From Anaeromyxobacteraceae bacterium (lineage in GTDB: Bacteria; Myxococcota; Myxococcia; Myxococcales; Anaeromyxobacteraceae), in contig JAULAX010000005.1 in NCBI GenBank assembly GCA_032654565.1, positions 1 to 64,000 on the forward strand: a DNA stretch of 64,000 nt, read 5' to 3'. The position numbers and the translations under genes were made by a program. Within the stretch, counting starts at the first letter, position 1. Each line of letters starts with the position of its first letter. Below, piece by piece: positions 1 to 10,160 of the stretch. The notes under the pieces were generated by a model. The model was not told the DNA's origin and ran no database searches. It worked only from the letters and a program-made list of their open reading frames with translations.

Positions 1-275
1 ATCGTCAAGCTGGTGCGTGAAGCTCACCGGCAAGCCGGAGTCGCTCATCGAGGTACGTCACCGACCGGCCCGGCCACGACCGCCGCTACGCCATCGACGC
101 CGCCAAGGCCCACGCCGAGCTGGGCTGGGCCCCGCGCCACGTCTTCGAGCAGGCGCTGGGGGAGACGGTGCGCTGGTACCAGGCGCAGCGCCCCTGGTGG
201 GAGCGGATCATCTCCGGCGAGTACCTCACCTACTACGCCAAGCAGTACGGGAAGCAGGGGGTGAGGGGCGGATGA
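1..275 (+). CDS. rfbB: dTDP-glucose 4,6-dehydratase, 3' part (5' truncated, apparent frameshifts near nt 17 and 53)
   Basis: Stitched frames read [58 protein letters not shown], the typical RmlB C-terminus; TGA 273-275 overlaps the next ATG. Confidence 0.85.
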
Positions 276-1169
276 GGATCGCCATCACCGGCGCCAACGG
301 CCTGCTGGGCGGCGAGGCGGTGGCCCAGGCGGCCGCCGCCCATGAGGTGCTGGCGCTCGGCCGCGGCCTGCCGGCTGCCGCCGGGGCGCTACACCTGGGG
401 CTCGGCCGACCTCGCCGACGGCCACTCGCTGGAGGCGGCGCTGCTGGCCTTCCGGCCCGAGGCGGTGCTGCACGCCGGCGCCGCCACCGACGTCGACGGC
501 TGCGAGCGGGACCCGGCCGGCGCCTGGCGCACCAACGTGGGCGGCACCGAGCAGGCGGCCCGCGCCTGCGCGGCGCTCCAGGCGCGCCTGGTGGCGGTCT
601 CCACCGACTACGTCTTCGACGGCGCCGCCGGCCCCTACGCCGAGGAGGACCTGCCCAACCCGCGCGGCGCCTACGCCCGCACCAAGCGCTGCGGCGAGGA
701 GGCGGCGCTGCTGCTGGCGCCCGGCGCCGCGGTGGCCCGGGTGGCGGTGGTCTACAGCGGCCGCCCCGGCGCCAAGGCCACCTTCGCCACCCAGGTGGTG
801 GACAAGCTCACCCGCGGCGAGCCGGTCAAGGCCTTCTCCGACCAGTTCGTCTCCACCACCCTGGCCGCCAGCGGCGCCGCCATGTGCCTGGAGCTGCTGC
901 TGGAGACCGCCTACCAGGGCGTGCTCCACGTCTCCGACGCCACGGTCATCGACCGGGTGGCCTTCGCCCACCGGGTGGCCGAGCGCTTCGGGCTCAGCGG
1001 GGAGATCATCCCGGTCACAACCGCCGAGGTGAAGCTGCCGGCGCCGCGGCCGCTGCGGGCCGGGCTCCGGGTGGAGCGGGCCGCGGCGCTGCTGCGCCAC
1101 CGGCCGCTCCCGCTCGGCGAGGCGCTGGACCGCTTCCACGCGGAGTGGATGACGCGCACCGCTCGCTGA
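272..1169 (+). CDS. rfbD: dTDP-4-dehydrorhamnose reductase (apparent frameshift near nt 368)
   Basis: MRIAITGANGLLG Rossmann start in one frame continues in the 342..1169 frame with TDVDGCE, STDYVFDG, YARTK. Confidence 0.85.
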
Positions 1170-1342
1170 CCCGGTCCACGAGCCGGCGGTCGACGCCCCC
1201 CCCCGCAGGCCATGGCCGCCCCGCGCCCCGGCGCGCCGCCGGGCCCCAGGTCGCGGCGAAATGGCGCCCCCCTCCAGGGCGGGCGCACCTCGGCCGGGAA
1301 CCGTGCTTCAATCCCGCCTCCACCCCGCCCGAGGTCCGCCAC

Positions 1343-3046
1343 ATGTTCCTCTTCAACCCGCGGCAGCTCGCCGCCCGCCCCGCCGACGCCGCCTCCTCCT
1401 CCCTGCTGGAGAAGACGGTCCAGTTCTTCGAGAAGAAGGGGAAGGCCCGGCTCCGCGAGGACGACCTCAACCGGACCTGGTACGCCGACTTCCTCGACTT
1501 CTCGAAGCGGGAGGGGCTGCTGGCCACCTTCCTGACGCCCGGGGCGGCCGGCGGCCCGGGAGCCCGCTGGGACACCAGCCGCAACTGCGCCCTCAACGAG
1601 GTGCTGGGCTTCTACGGCCTCCCCTACTGGTACACCTGGCAGGTCACCATCCTCGGCCTCGGCCCCATCTGGATGAGCGGCAACCAGGCGGCCCGGCAGC
1701 GGACCGCGGCCCTGCTCCGGCAGGGCGGCATCTTCGGCTTCGGCCTCTCCGAGAAGGAGCACGGCGCCGACATCTACTCGTCGGACATGGAGCTGGTCCC
1801 GGCCGGCGAGGGGCGCTGGCTGGCCCGCGGCGACAAGTACTACATCGGCAACGGCAACGAGGCGGCGCTGGTCTCGGTCTTCGGCAAGGTGGCCGGCACC
1901 GGCGAGTACGTCTTCTTCGTGGTCGACCCGAAGCGCCCTGGCTACAAGCTGGTGAAGAACGTGGTGGCCAGCCAGTCCTACGTGGCCGAGTTCCTGCTCG
2001 AGGACTACCCGGTGGCCGAGGCCGACGTCCTGCTGCGCGGACAGGCCGCCTGGGACGCGGCGCTCAACACCGTCAACGTCGGCAAGTACAACCTCGGCTG
2101 GGCCTCGATCGGCATCTGCACCCACGCCCTCTACGAGGCGGTCCATCACGCCGCCAACCGCCGCCTCTATGGCATGGCGGTCACCGACTTCTCCCACGTG
2201 CAGCGGCTCTTCACCGACGGCTGGGCCCGGCTCACCGCCATGCGGCTCTTCGGGCTGCGGGCCGCCGACTACTTCCGGGCCGCCTCGCGCGCCGACCGGC
2301 GCTACCTGCTCTTCAACCCGGTGATGAAGATGAAGGTCACCACCGAGGGGGAGAAGGTCATCGACCACCTCTGGGACGTGATCGCCGCCAAGGGCTTCGA
2401 GAAGGACACCTACTTCGAGATGGCGGCCCGCGACATCCGGGCCCTGCCCAAGCTGGAGGGGACGGTCCACGTCAACATCGCGCTGATCGTGAAGTTCATG
2501 AAGAGCTACTTCTTCGCGCCGGCCGACCTCCCCGCCGTGCCGCGGCGCGACGAGCCGGCCGACGACGCCTTCCTCTGGGACCAGGGGCCGGCCAGCGGCC
2601 TCTCCGCCATCCGCTTCGCCGACCCCGGCCCGGTCTTCGCCGCCTGGCCGCAGCCCAACGTGGCCGTCTTCCGCGAGCAGCTGGCGGTCTTCAAGACCCT
2701 GCTGGCCACGGCCACGCCCACCGAGGCCCAGGCCAAGGACGTCGACTTCCTGCTCACCGTGGGCGAGCTCTTCACCCTGGTGGTCTACGCCCAGCTGGTG
2801 CTGGAGAACGCCGGGCTGCGGGCCGCCGAGGGGATCGACGGCGACACCGTCGACCAGATCTTCGACGTGCTGGTGCGCGACTTCTCCCGGCACGCCGTCG
2901 ACCTGCACGGCAAGGCCGCCTCCACGCCGCAGCAGATGGAGCTGGCGCTCAAGATGATCCGCAAGCCGGCCCAAGACCCGGCCCGCCAGGCCCGGATCTG
3001 GGCGCGGGTCCACGCCCTCAAGGACGCCTACCAGATGAGCCCGTAG
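1343..3046 (+). CDS. acyl-CoA dehydrogenase family protein
   Basis: FGLSEKEHGAD, GDKYYIGNG and LPKLEGT motifs; GAGG upstream of ATG 1343. Confidence 0.85.
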   Translation: MFLFNPRQLAARPADAASSSLLEKTVQFFEKKGKARLREDDLNRTWYADFLDFSKREGLLATFLTPGAAGGPGARWDTSRNCALNEVLGFYGLPYWYTWQVTILGLGPIWMSGNQAARQRTAALLRQGGIFGFGLSEKEHGADIYSSDMELVPAGEGRWLARGDKYYIGNGNEAALVSVFGKVAGTGEYVFFVVDPKRPGYKLVKNVVASQSYVAEFLLEDYPVAEADVLLRGQAAWDAALNTVNVGKYNLGWASIGICTHALYEAVHHAANRRLYGMAVTDFSHVQRLFTDGWARLTAMRLFGLRAADYFRAASRADRRYLLFNPVMKMKVTTEGEKVIDHLWDVIAAKGFEKDTYFEMAARDIRALPKLEGTVHVNIALIVKFMKSYFFAPADLPAVPRRDEPADDAFLWDQGPASGLSAIRFADPGPVFAAWPQPNVAVFREQLAVFKTLLATATPTEAQAKDVDFLLTVGELFTLVVYAQLVLENAGLRAAEGIDGDTVDQIFDVLVRDFSRHAVDLHGKAASTPQQMELALKMIRKPAQDPARQARIWARVHALKDAYQMSP

Positions 3047-3059
3047 GGCACCTCCCATG

Positions 3060-3085
3060 ACCCCCGGCCTGCGACGGCCGGGGGT
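3060..3085 (+). terminator. GC-rich hairpin after acyl-CoA dehydrogenase
   Basis: ACCCCCGGCC-tgcgac-GGCCGGGGGT perfect 10-bp stem; no U-tract. Confidence 0.45.
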
Positions 3086-3127
3086 ACGAGATGCGCCCTG
3101 GCCGCGCCGGATGGGCTAGAACGCGGC

Positions 3128-3946
3128 ATGCCCCAGGCCCGACCTCCGCGCCGCCTCCCGGCCACCGACCGCCACCTCCTCTACGAGCGGGCCGTGCAGT
3201 CGCCCGACGCCGAGCTCGGGCTGCTGAACCGCCTGCTCCGGCGCGCCGGCCAGCCGGCCCGCTGGCTGCGCGAGGACTTCAGCGGCACGGCGCTGCTCTC
3301 GGCCAGCTGGGTGCGCTCCGGCCCGGGGCGGATCGCCGTGGCCGTCGACCTCGATCCCGCGGTCCACCGCTGGGCGGCGGAGCACCGGCTGCCCGGGCTG
3401 GGCCGGGCGGCCGACCGGCTGCGGCTCTGCCAGGCCGACGTGCGCCGCGCCCCGCCCGGCCCGTTCGACGCCATCCTCGCCCTCAACTTCAGCTACCAGG
3501 TCTTCCAGCGGCGGGCGGAGCTCAGGGCCTACCTGGCGGCGGCGCGCCGGTCGCTGGTCCCCGGCGGCCTCTTCATGCTCGACCTCTTCGGCGGCTGGCT
3601 GTCGCAGCAGCCGGTCACCGAGCGGCGGCGCCTCGGCGGCGGCGTCACCTACGTCTGGGAGCACCAGGCCTGCGATCCCATCACCCACCGGATCCGCTGC
3701 GCCATCCACTTCGAGCTCCCCGGCGGGCGGCGCCTGGCGCGCGCCTTCACCTACGACTGGCGGCTCTGGTCCCTCCCCGAGCTCCGCGACCTGCTGGCCG
3801 AGGCCGGCTTCGACCGGATCGAGGTGCAGTGGGACGTGGAGCCGCCCGGCGTCGAGCCGCGCTACCGGCCGCGGCGCCACGCCGCCAACCAGGGGGCGTG
3901 GCTGGCCTACCTGGTGGGGCGGCGGCCCGGCCGGACCGCCCGGTAG
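3128..3946 (+). CDS. class I SAM-dependent methyltransferase
   Basis: LREDFSGTA motif I, AVDLD, ADVR, FDAILALNFS, LVPGGLFMLD. Confidence 0.75.
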   Translation: MPQARPPRRLPATDRHLLYERAVQSPDAELGLLNRLLRRAGQPARWLREDFSGTALLSASWVRSGPGRIAVAVDLDPAVHRWAAEHRLPGLGRAADRLRLCQADVRRAPPGPFDAILALNFSYQVFQRRAELRAYLAAARRSLVPGGLFMLDLFGGWLSQQPVTERRRLGGGVTYVWEHQACDPITHRIRCAIHFELPGGRRLARAFTYDWRLWSLPELRDLLAEAGFDRIEVQWDVEPPGVEPRYRPRRHAANQGAWLAYLVGRRPGRTAR

Positions 3947-4031
3947 GGCCTCTCCCGAAGGCCCCGCCACCGGCTTGCCATCGACGAGGCGCTGGCCTAG
4001 AACGGGGCCATCCGCCGAGAGGAGGTCCCCC

Positions 4032-5249
4032 ATGCCTCGCCCCGCTTCCCGAGTCCGCGCCGCCGTCGCCGCGCTCGCCGCCGCGGCCGTCCTGCCGCTC
4101 ACCGGCTGCACCTCCACCGAGCCGCCGCCGCTGCAGGGGTGGACCACCGAGGCGGTGGCGGTGGCCGACCTCGACCGGAACCTCTTCCCGGACGTGGTCA
4201 GCGCCATCTCGGTCTACAGCGAGACCGCCTTCCTGCCCGGCTTCCTCTCCGTCCGGCTCCAGTCGCCGGTCTCCCCCGGCGCCTTCCAGGCCCCCTCCCG
4301 GACCACCACCTGCCTCGACCCGGAGGCCATCGCCCTCGGCGATCTCGACGGGGACGGCCTGCCCGACGCCGCCGTGGCCTGCGGCGTCGCCGACGGCGCC
4401 GGCTACCAGGTGGCCATCCACCTCCAGGCCGGTGGCCAACCCGCGGTCTTCGCCCCGCCCACCCGGGTCTCCACCGGCGCCGCCCGCCCCAGCTCGCTCC
4501 GGCTCGCCGACCTCGACGGCGACGGCCGCCTCGACCTGGTGGTCGGCACCACCGACGGCACCAGCCTGCTGGTCTACTTCCAGGTGGCCGGGCCGGCGGC
4601 CGCCGCCAGCTTCGCCCCGCCGGTCTCGCTCGACGTCGGTGCCGCCCCCGTCGCGGTGGCGGTCGGCGATCTCACCGGCGCCAACCGGCTCGACCTGGTG
4701 GCCACCACCGCCGACGGCCGCGTCGTGGTCCTGCTCCACGACACCGCCCCCGGGACCTTCCGGCCGGCCGCCTCCTCCCCGGCCGGCCTCTACCCGGTGG
4801 CGGTCGAGATCGCCGACCTCGACACCGACGGCCGCCCCGACCTGCTCATCGCCGACGCCAGCGGAGCGCTGCTGGTCCTGACCCAGGCCGCGAGCGGCGG
4901 CGGCCTCTTCGGGCCGGCGGTGGCCCGTGACGTCCACGACCAGGCCACCCGGGCGCTCTCGGTGGCCGACCTCGACGGCGACGGCCGGCTCGACCTGGTG
5001 GTGGCCAGCGCCGGGCCGCCCGGCCTGCCCGGCTCGGTGGCGGTCTTCCTCCAGGCGCCGGCGCCGGCCGCGCCCGGCGAGCTGCTCCCGCCCCAGCTCT
5101 ACACCGGCTACCAGGGGCCGGTCTCCATCGTGGCGGCCAACCTCGACGGAGACGGCCTCCCCGACCTGGTCATCGCCGACGGGTGGCCGACGATCCGCTT
5201 CCAGGACCCGGGCGGCCTCTTCCGCCCGCCCATCTTCCTGCGTCATTAG
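4032..5249 (+). CDS. FG-GAP/VCBS-repeat lipoprotein
   Basis: Lipobox LTGC and about seven DLDGDGxxDL repeats; GGAGG upstream. Confidence 0.8.
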   Translation: MPRPASRVRAAVAALAAAAVLPLTGCTSTEPPPLQGWTTEAVAVADLDRNLFPDVVSAISVYSETAFLPGFLSVRLQSPVSPGAFQAPSRTTTCLDPEAIALGDLDGDGLPDAAVACGVADGAGYQVAIHLQAGGQPAVFAPPTRVSTGAARPSSLRLADLDGDGRLDLVVGTTDGTSLLVYFQVAGPAAAASFAPPVSLDVGAAPVAVAVGDLTGANRLDLVATTADGRVVVLLHDTAPGTFRPAASSPAGLYPVAVEIADLDTDGRPDLLIADASGALLVLTQAASGGGLFGPAVARDVHDQATRALSVADLDGDGRLDLVVASAGPPGLPGSVAVFLQAPAPAAPGELLPPQLYTGYQGPVSIVAANLDGDGLPDLVIADGWPTIRFQDPGGLFRPPIFLRH

Positions 5250-5318
5250 CCCCGCCCCGGCGAGCCAGGGTCGCCCGGCGGGCCCGTTCCAATTGGGTCC
5301 CCCTCCAGACGAGCCCAG

Positions 5319-6912
5319 GGGCGCACGATCAGATTGAGCAGCGGTCGGTGTCCCTGGTGCCGTAGCGGGCGTACTCGAAGTGGTCGCGGCCGCCGTGGTT
5401 GGCGCGGGGGCGGGTGGCCGTGGCGTGGTGGGCGCGGCGAATGGCGGCGTAGAAGCGGCGGGCGCCGCCGGTGCGGTAGGCGGCGCGCAGGCGGGCCATG
5501 CGGCGGGCGTTGCGGATGGCCCAGCGCTGGCCGGCCCGCTTCATGCGGGTCTGGAGGACGTGGCGGTGGGCGCTCTCGATGGCGCCGCTGCCGATGGGGA
5601 AGCCGTTGGCCCGGTACAGGGCGTACTTCATCCGGTTGGCGTTGCTCCGGTAGTAGCCGATCAGGTTCTCGGCAGCGTCGAGGGACTCCCGCTGGTTTCG
5701 CCTGGGGATGAACTCCAGGCAATCCATCAACTCGCTGATGACGGCCGGGATCTTGCCCGTCGACAGCAACTCCTCGGCCCGCCGCTGCCACAGCGGCAGC
5801 CAGGGGCTCTCCTCGCCCAGCAGCACGCGGCCGCACTCCACCGCGTGCTCCACGGCGTGGTGCCAGTCGAGGATCTGCACCGCATCCGGCGAGAGCTGCT
5901 CGGCCAGCGTCCAGTTGCAGGCCGCGCCGTCACCCAGCCAGATCACCACGCCGGCCTCGTCGATCCGCTCGGCCTGGAGCAGCTCCTCCAGCACCGGCGA
6001 GAAGTTCCCGAGGCCGCCCACCACCGCGGCGTAGCGAGCGGTGCCGGGCATCGGCTCGTTCACGGCGACGTCGTGCCGGTAGGTCACGCCCACCTTGGCC
6101 TCCTTCCAAGCCTCGGCGCCGCGGATCGGCAGCATGCTGCCGTCCACCTCGACCACCAGCGCCTTCGGCGCCTCTCCCTTCGGCTTCAGCTCCTCCTGCA
6201 AGTAGAGCTGGTCGGCCGCCTCGCACTGCGCGCCCACCCGCGCCACCACGCGGCGGAGCAGGTTCTCCGAGATCGGCTCGGCGTAGTGCAGGCTCCAGCG
6301 GGCCGCGCACTCGCCGTAGACGTCGTTCACCGCGAAGTCGAGCACTCGCTTCTCCATCTCGCTGGTCAGCTCGCCCTCCTCGGGCAGGTCGAGCAGCCGA
6401 TCCACCGGGTAGAAGCCGTACTGGCACGCCTCGCAGTAGTGGTAGTTGCGCCTGAACGTCACCGGGCCGGCCAGGCTCCGCGCCGTCCGCTCGCGGTCAC
6501 GGGCCTTCACCGCCACCCGCTTGCCGCACTTCGGGCAGGCCTTCGCCGTCGGCTTCTCCGGCTTCATCCGCGAGAGCATCAGCGCGATGGACGGCTCCCG
6601 GTCATCCCGGGTCGCCTTCTCCACCGAGAGCTCCATCTCGCTCATCGTCATCCCTTCGTGGAAGTGCTCGTCCGCATGCCGCCGGGCGAGCTCCTCGACG
6701 AGGTCCTTCTCCGAGAACTGCTTCAGTGCGCGCTTTCGGGCCATGCCCGAAAAAGATCATGCCCGGGCCAACCTGTCGATCTCCCGTACCGGGAGCGGGC
6801 AGCCCGCACCCCGGCCCCGATCACCCGGCCGGTCCAAGCCCGCAGACCGATGGGGCTTTCCCCGCGCCCCGGATCGGCCGCCAAAGAGATTCCTCAACTC
6901 GGGCGTGCGCCC
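5319..6912 (-). mobile_element. ISKra4-family-like insertion sequence, copy 1 (1594 bp)
   Basis: Terminal IR GGGCGCACG...TTGAG at both ends; 8-bp target duplication GAGCCCAG at 5311-5318 and 6913-6920. Confidence 0.9.
5329..6744 (-). CDS. ISKra4-family DDE transposase
   Basis: CPKC..CEAC zinc ribbon, EVDG, LGDGA, LDWHHAVEH, IGSGAIESA motifs. Confidence 0.85.
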   Translation of the reverse strand: MARKRALKQFSEKDLVEELARRHADEHFHEGMTMSEMELSVEKATRDDREPSIALMLSRMKPEKPTAKACPKCGKRVAVKARDRERTARSLAGPVTFRRNYHYCEACQYGFYPVDRLLDLPEEGELTSEMEKRVLDFAVNDVYGECAARWSLHYAEPISENLLRRVVARVGAQCEAADQLYLQEELKPKGEAPKALVVEVDGSMLPIRGAEAWKEAKVGVTYRHDVAVNEPMPGTARYAAVVGGLGNFSPVLEELLQAERIDEAGVVIWLGDGAACNWTLAEQLSPDAVQILDWHHAVEHAVECGRVLLGEESPWLPLWQRRAEELLSTGKIPAVISELMDCLEFIPRRNQRESLDAAENLIGYYRSNANRMKYALYRANGFPIGSGAIESAHRHVLQTRMKRAGQRWAIRNARRMARLRAAYRTGGARRFYAAIRRAHHATATRPRANHGGRDHFEYARYGTRDTDRCSI

Positions 6913-6990
6913 CGAGCCCAGGCAGGCAGTTGCGCGCTCCCCTCCCCGGCGCCAGACTGCTGGTTTCGACCGACCGGTCCCGGGGGGGAC

Positions 6991-9900
6991 GTGGCGAGCC
7001 ACTTCCACAGTCGAATGGTCAAGGGCCTCTGGGCCGGCGCCGCCCTGCTGCTGATCGGCGGCGGCGGCCTGCTGGCGTGGAAGCTGCTGGGCGCCGAGCG
7101 GCGGTCGGCCATCGCCGCGCACCGGGTCGGGCTGCGCGCCACCGCCGAGCTGAAGACCGAGGCGGTCCGCCACTGGCAGGCCGAGCGCTGGGGGGCGACC
7201 CGGCTGCGTGCCCTCTCGCCCCAGGTGGCCCACCCTACCCAGGCGCTGGGACGCGGGGACCGGGTCAGCGACCACCGCCGGGCGTTGCAGGGGGAGCTCG
7301 ACCGGCTCCGCCGGGAGTGCTCCGATTGCGTGGCGCGCACGGTGGTCGACCTGGACGGCCGGGTGCTGGCGCGCTCGGCCGCGAGCCCCGGCGAGGCGGC
7401 GCCGGATCCGGCCCTACCGCCCTGGCGCGGGAGCTCCTCGGCCGCCGGCTTCCAGTACGATCCGGCCACCGGGAAGATCCGCCTGACGCTGGTGGCCCCC
7501 ATCCTCGACGACGACGATGACGTGGAGCGGGCCTACGGCCACCTGGGGGTGGAGCTCGACCCCTCCACCCACCTGGTCCCGCTCCTCCAGTCCTGGCCGA
7601 CCGCGTCGAGGACCGGCGAGCTGGGGCTGGCGGAGCGCCGGGGGGAAGAGGTGGTGATCCTCAACATGTCGCGCGGCCGCGGCGACGCCTTCCAGGTGGT
7701 CCGCCTCCCCGCCTGGCGCGTCCAGTCGCCCGCGGTCCGGGCGGCCCGGGGAGAGGTGGGCAACGTCGACGGCGTCGACTACCGGGGGCTCGAGGTGCTG
7801 GCGGAGGCTCGGCGCGTCGAGGGCACCCCGTGGTTCCTGGTCGCCAAGGAGGACCTCGACGAGGTGCTGGCCTCCTACCGGGAGAAGGTCAGGCTCTACG
7901 CCGTGGCCCTGGCCGGACTGGTGCTGGCCGTCCTCGGTCTCCTCGCCTTCCTCCGGCAGCGGCGCCGGGTGGCGTCGATCCGGCGCGAGGGCGCGGCGCT
8001 GACCGCCGAGCTGGAGGAGCGGCGCCGGCTCAACCTCGAGCTCTCCCGGAGCGAGCTGCGCTTCCGCTCGCTGGTGCTGGCCAGCGCGCAGATCGTCTGG
8101 ACCACCAACGCCGCGGGCGAGGTGGTCGAGCCGCTGCCGACCTGGCAGGCCTTCACCGGCATGACGCCCGAGCAGGTCCGGGGCTTGGGCTGGCTGGCGG
8201 CCGTCCACCCGGACGACGCGGTACGGGTGGAGCAGGCCTGGCGCCAGGCCACCAGCACCCGGAGCAGCTACCGGCTCCGCTACCGGCTCCGCGGCCAGGA
8301 CGGCCTGTACAGCAGCTTCGAGGTGCAGGGTGTCCCGGTCACCGACCCGGACGGCCGCGTCGCCGAGTGGATCGGTGCCTGCACCGACGTCTCGCAGCGG
8401 CTCAAGGCCGAGGAGGCGCTCCGGTCCAGCGAGGTCTACCAGCGGCGGCTGGTCGAGAGCCTGGGCGTGGGGCTGGTGGTCCACGCCGCCGACACCAGCA
8501 TCGTCACCAGCAACCCCGAGGCCTCGCGCATCCTGGGCCTGACCCAGGACCAGCTGCGCGGCCTGACCGCCGTCGACCCGGCCTGGCGGTTCCTCCGCGA
8601 GGATGGCACCACGCTGCCGCTGGAGGAGTACCCGGTCAATCGGGTGCTCTCCACCCACCAGCCCTTCAGCGACCTGCTGTTCGGCGTCGACCGCGGCGAC
8701 GGCTCGCCGCCCCGCTGGGTGCTGGTCAAGGCCTACCCGGCCTGGGACGGCGAGGGCCGGCTGGAGCACGTGGTGGTCTCCTTCAGCGACGTCACCGACC
8801 AGCGGCTCGCCGAGGCCAAGGCGGCGCGCCTGGCCGAGCACCTGCGGATCTCGCAGAAGATCGAGGCGCTGGGACGCCTCGCCGGCGGCGTGGCCCACGA
8901 CTTCAACAACCTGCTCTCGGTGATCCTCGGCCACACCGCCTTCGCCCTCGACCTGCTGGGCGACCAGGACCCGGTGCGCGAGGACCTGCTGGAGGTGGAG
9001 AAGGCGGGGCGCCGGGCCGCCGCGCTCACCAGCCAGCTGCTCGCCTTCGGCCGCCGCCAGGTGCTGCAGCCCCGGGCGCTCGACCTGAACCAGGTGGTGG
9101 CGGAGCTGGAGAAGATGCTGCGCCGGATCATCGGCGAGGACATCCGGCTGGAGAAGTCGCTGGCCGACGGCCTCTGGCCGACGCTGGCCGATCCGGCCCA
9201 GCTCGAGCAGGTGATCATGAACCTGGTGCTCAACGCCCGTGACGCCATGCCGGCGGGGGGCCGGCTGGTGCTCTCCACCGCCAACCTGGAGGAGGGGCCC
9301 GGGGCCGCGGTGCCGCCCGGGGCCTACGTGGTGCTGACGGTGAGCGACAGCGGCACCGGCTTCGACGAGGCCACCCGGGCCAGGATGTTCGAGCCGTTCT
9401 TCACCACCAAGCCGCTCGGCAAGGGGACCGGGCTGGGGCTCTCGACGGTCTACGGCATCGTCTCCCAGAGCGGCGGCCACGTGCAGGTGGAGAGCGAGCC
9501 GGGGCGCGGGGCCACCTTCCGGGTGCTCCTGCCCCGGGCCCCGGTGGTGGAGCGCCCGGCGGCGGCGCTCCCGGTCCGGGCCGCCCCGGTGGCCCGGGGG
9601 ACCGAGACCGTCCTGGTGGTCGAGGACGAGCGCGCCGTGCGCGACGTGGCCCGCCGAATCCTCGAGGCTGCCGGGTACCGGGTGCTGACCGCCGAAGGGG
9701 GGGAGGCGGCGCTGCGACTCTGCCAGGAACACCTCGGCCGGATCGACCTGCTGCTCTCCGACGTGGTCATGCCGCAGATGGGCGGGCCCGAGTGCGCCGC
9801 CGAGGCCGAGCGGCTGCGGCCGGGGCTGCGAGTGCTCTTCATGTCCGGCTACGCCGAAGACGCCATCGCCCACCAGGGTGTGCTGCAGCCTGGCACCCGG

Positions 9901-10020
9901 CTGGTCCAGAAGCCCTTCAGCGCCGCCGAGCTGACCCGCCAGGTGCGCGCCGCGCTCGACGACGTGGCCGTCCCAGCCCCGGGAGCGGCGGAGGCGGCGG
10001 CCCCGGCCACCGCCTCCTGA
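6991..10020 (+). CDS. membrane hybrid sensor histidine kinase (TM-extracytoplasmic-TM-PAS-PAS-HisKA-HATPase-REC)
   Basis: AHDFNNLL H-box, [24 protein letters not shown], receiver [12 protein letters not shown]; start may instead be ATG 7015. Confidence 0.9.
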   Translation: MASHFHSRMVKGLWAGAALLLIGGGGLLAWKLLGAERRSAIAAHRVGLRATAELKTEAVRHWQAERWGATRLRALSPQVAHPTQALGRGDRVSDHRRALQGELDRLRRECSDCVARTVVDLDGRVLARSAASPGEAAPDPALPPWRGSSSAAGFQYDPATGKIRLTLVAPILDDDDDVERAYGHLGVELDPSTHLVPLLQSWPTASRTGELGLAERRGEEVVILNMSRGRGDAFQVVRLPAWRVQSPAVRAARGEVGNVDGVDYRGLEVLAEARRVEGTPWFLVAKEDLDEVLASYREKVRLYAVALAGLVLAVLGLLAFLRQRRRVASIRREGAALTAELEERRRLNLELSRSELRFRSLVLASAQIVWTTNAAGEVVEPLPTWQAFTGMTPEQVRGLGWLAAVHPDDAVRVEQAWRQATSTRSSYRLRYRLRGQDGLYSSFEVQGVPVTDPDGRVAEWIGACTDVSQRLKAEEALRSSEVYQRRLVESLGVGLVVHAADTSIVTSNPEASRILGLTQDQLRGLTAVDPAWRFLREDGTTLPLEEYPVNRVLSTHQPFSDLLFGVDRGDGSPPRWVLVKAYPAWDGEGRLEHVVVSFSDVTDQRLAEAKAARLAEHLRISQKIEALGRLAGGVAHDFNNLLSVILGHTAFALDLLGDQDPVREDLLEVEKAGRRAAALTSQLLAFGRRQVLQPRALDLNQVVAELEKMLRRIIGEDIRLEKSLADGLWPTLADPAQLEQVIMNLVLNARDAMPAGGRLVLSTANLEEGPGAAVPPGAYVVLTVSDSGTGFDEATRARMFEPFFTTKPLGKGTGLGLSTVYGIVSQSGGHVQVESEPGRGATFRVLLPRAPVVERPAAALPVRAAPVARGTETVLVVEDERAVRDVARRILEAAGYRVLTAEGGEAALRLCQEHLGRIDLLLSDVVMPQMGGPECAAEAERLRPGLRVLFMSGYAEDAIAHQGVLQPGTRLVQKPFSAAELTRQVRAALDDVAVPAPGAAEAAAPATAS

Positions 10021-10160
10021 GAGCGCCACTCACTTGGCCCGATCCGTGCTCCGGCGCAGGCCAGGCGAGGGGCGCCGTGAGGGCCGCCGCCCCCGTTCAT
10101 CCGGGGCGTCCGGCCGCCGGCGTCGCGGCATCCCCCGGGGTCAGCGTAGACTCCGGAGCG

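Noticed and set aside
17..3046. 1009-aa ORF as a real fusion protein
   Set aside because: Artefact of frameshifts plus high GC; it joins pieces of rfbB, rfbD, off-frame sequence and the acyl-CoA dehydrogenase.
5380..6990. N-terminal extension of the 1546-aa kinase ORF
   Set aside because: Antisense to the IS transposase; the kinase starts near 6991-7015.
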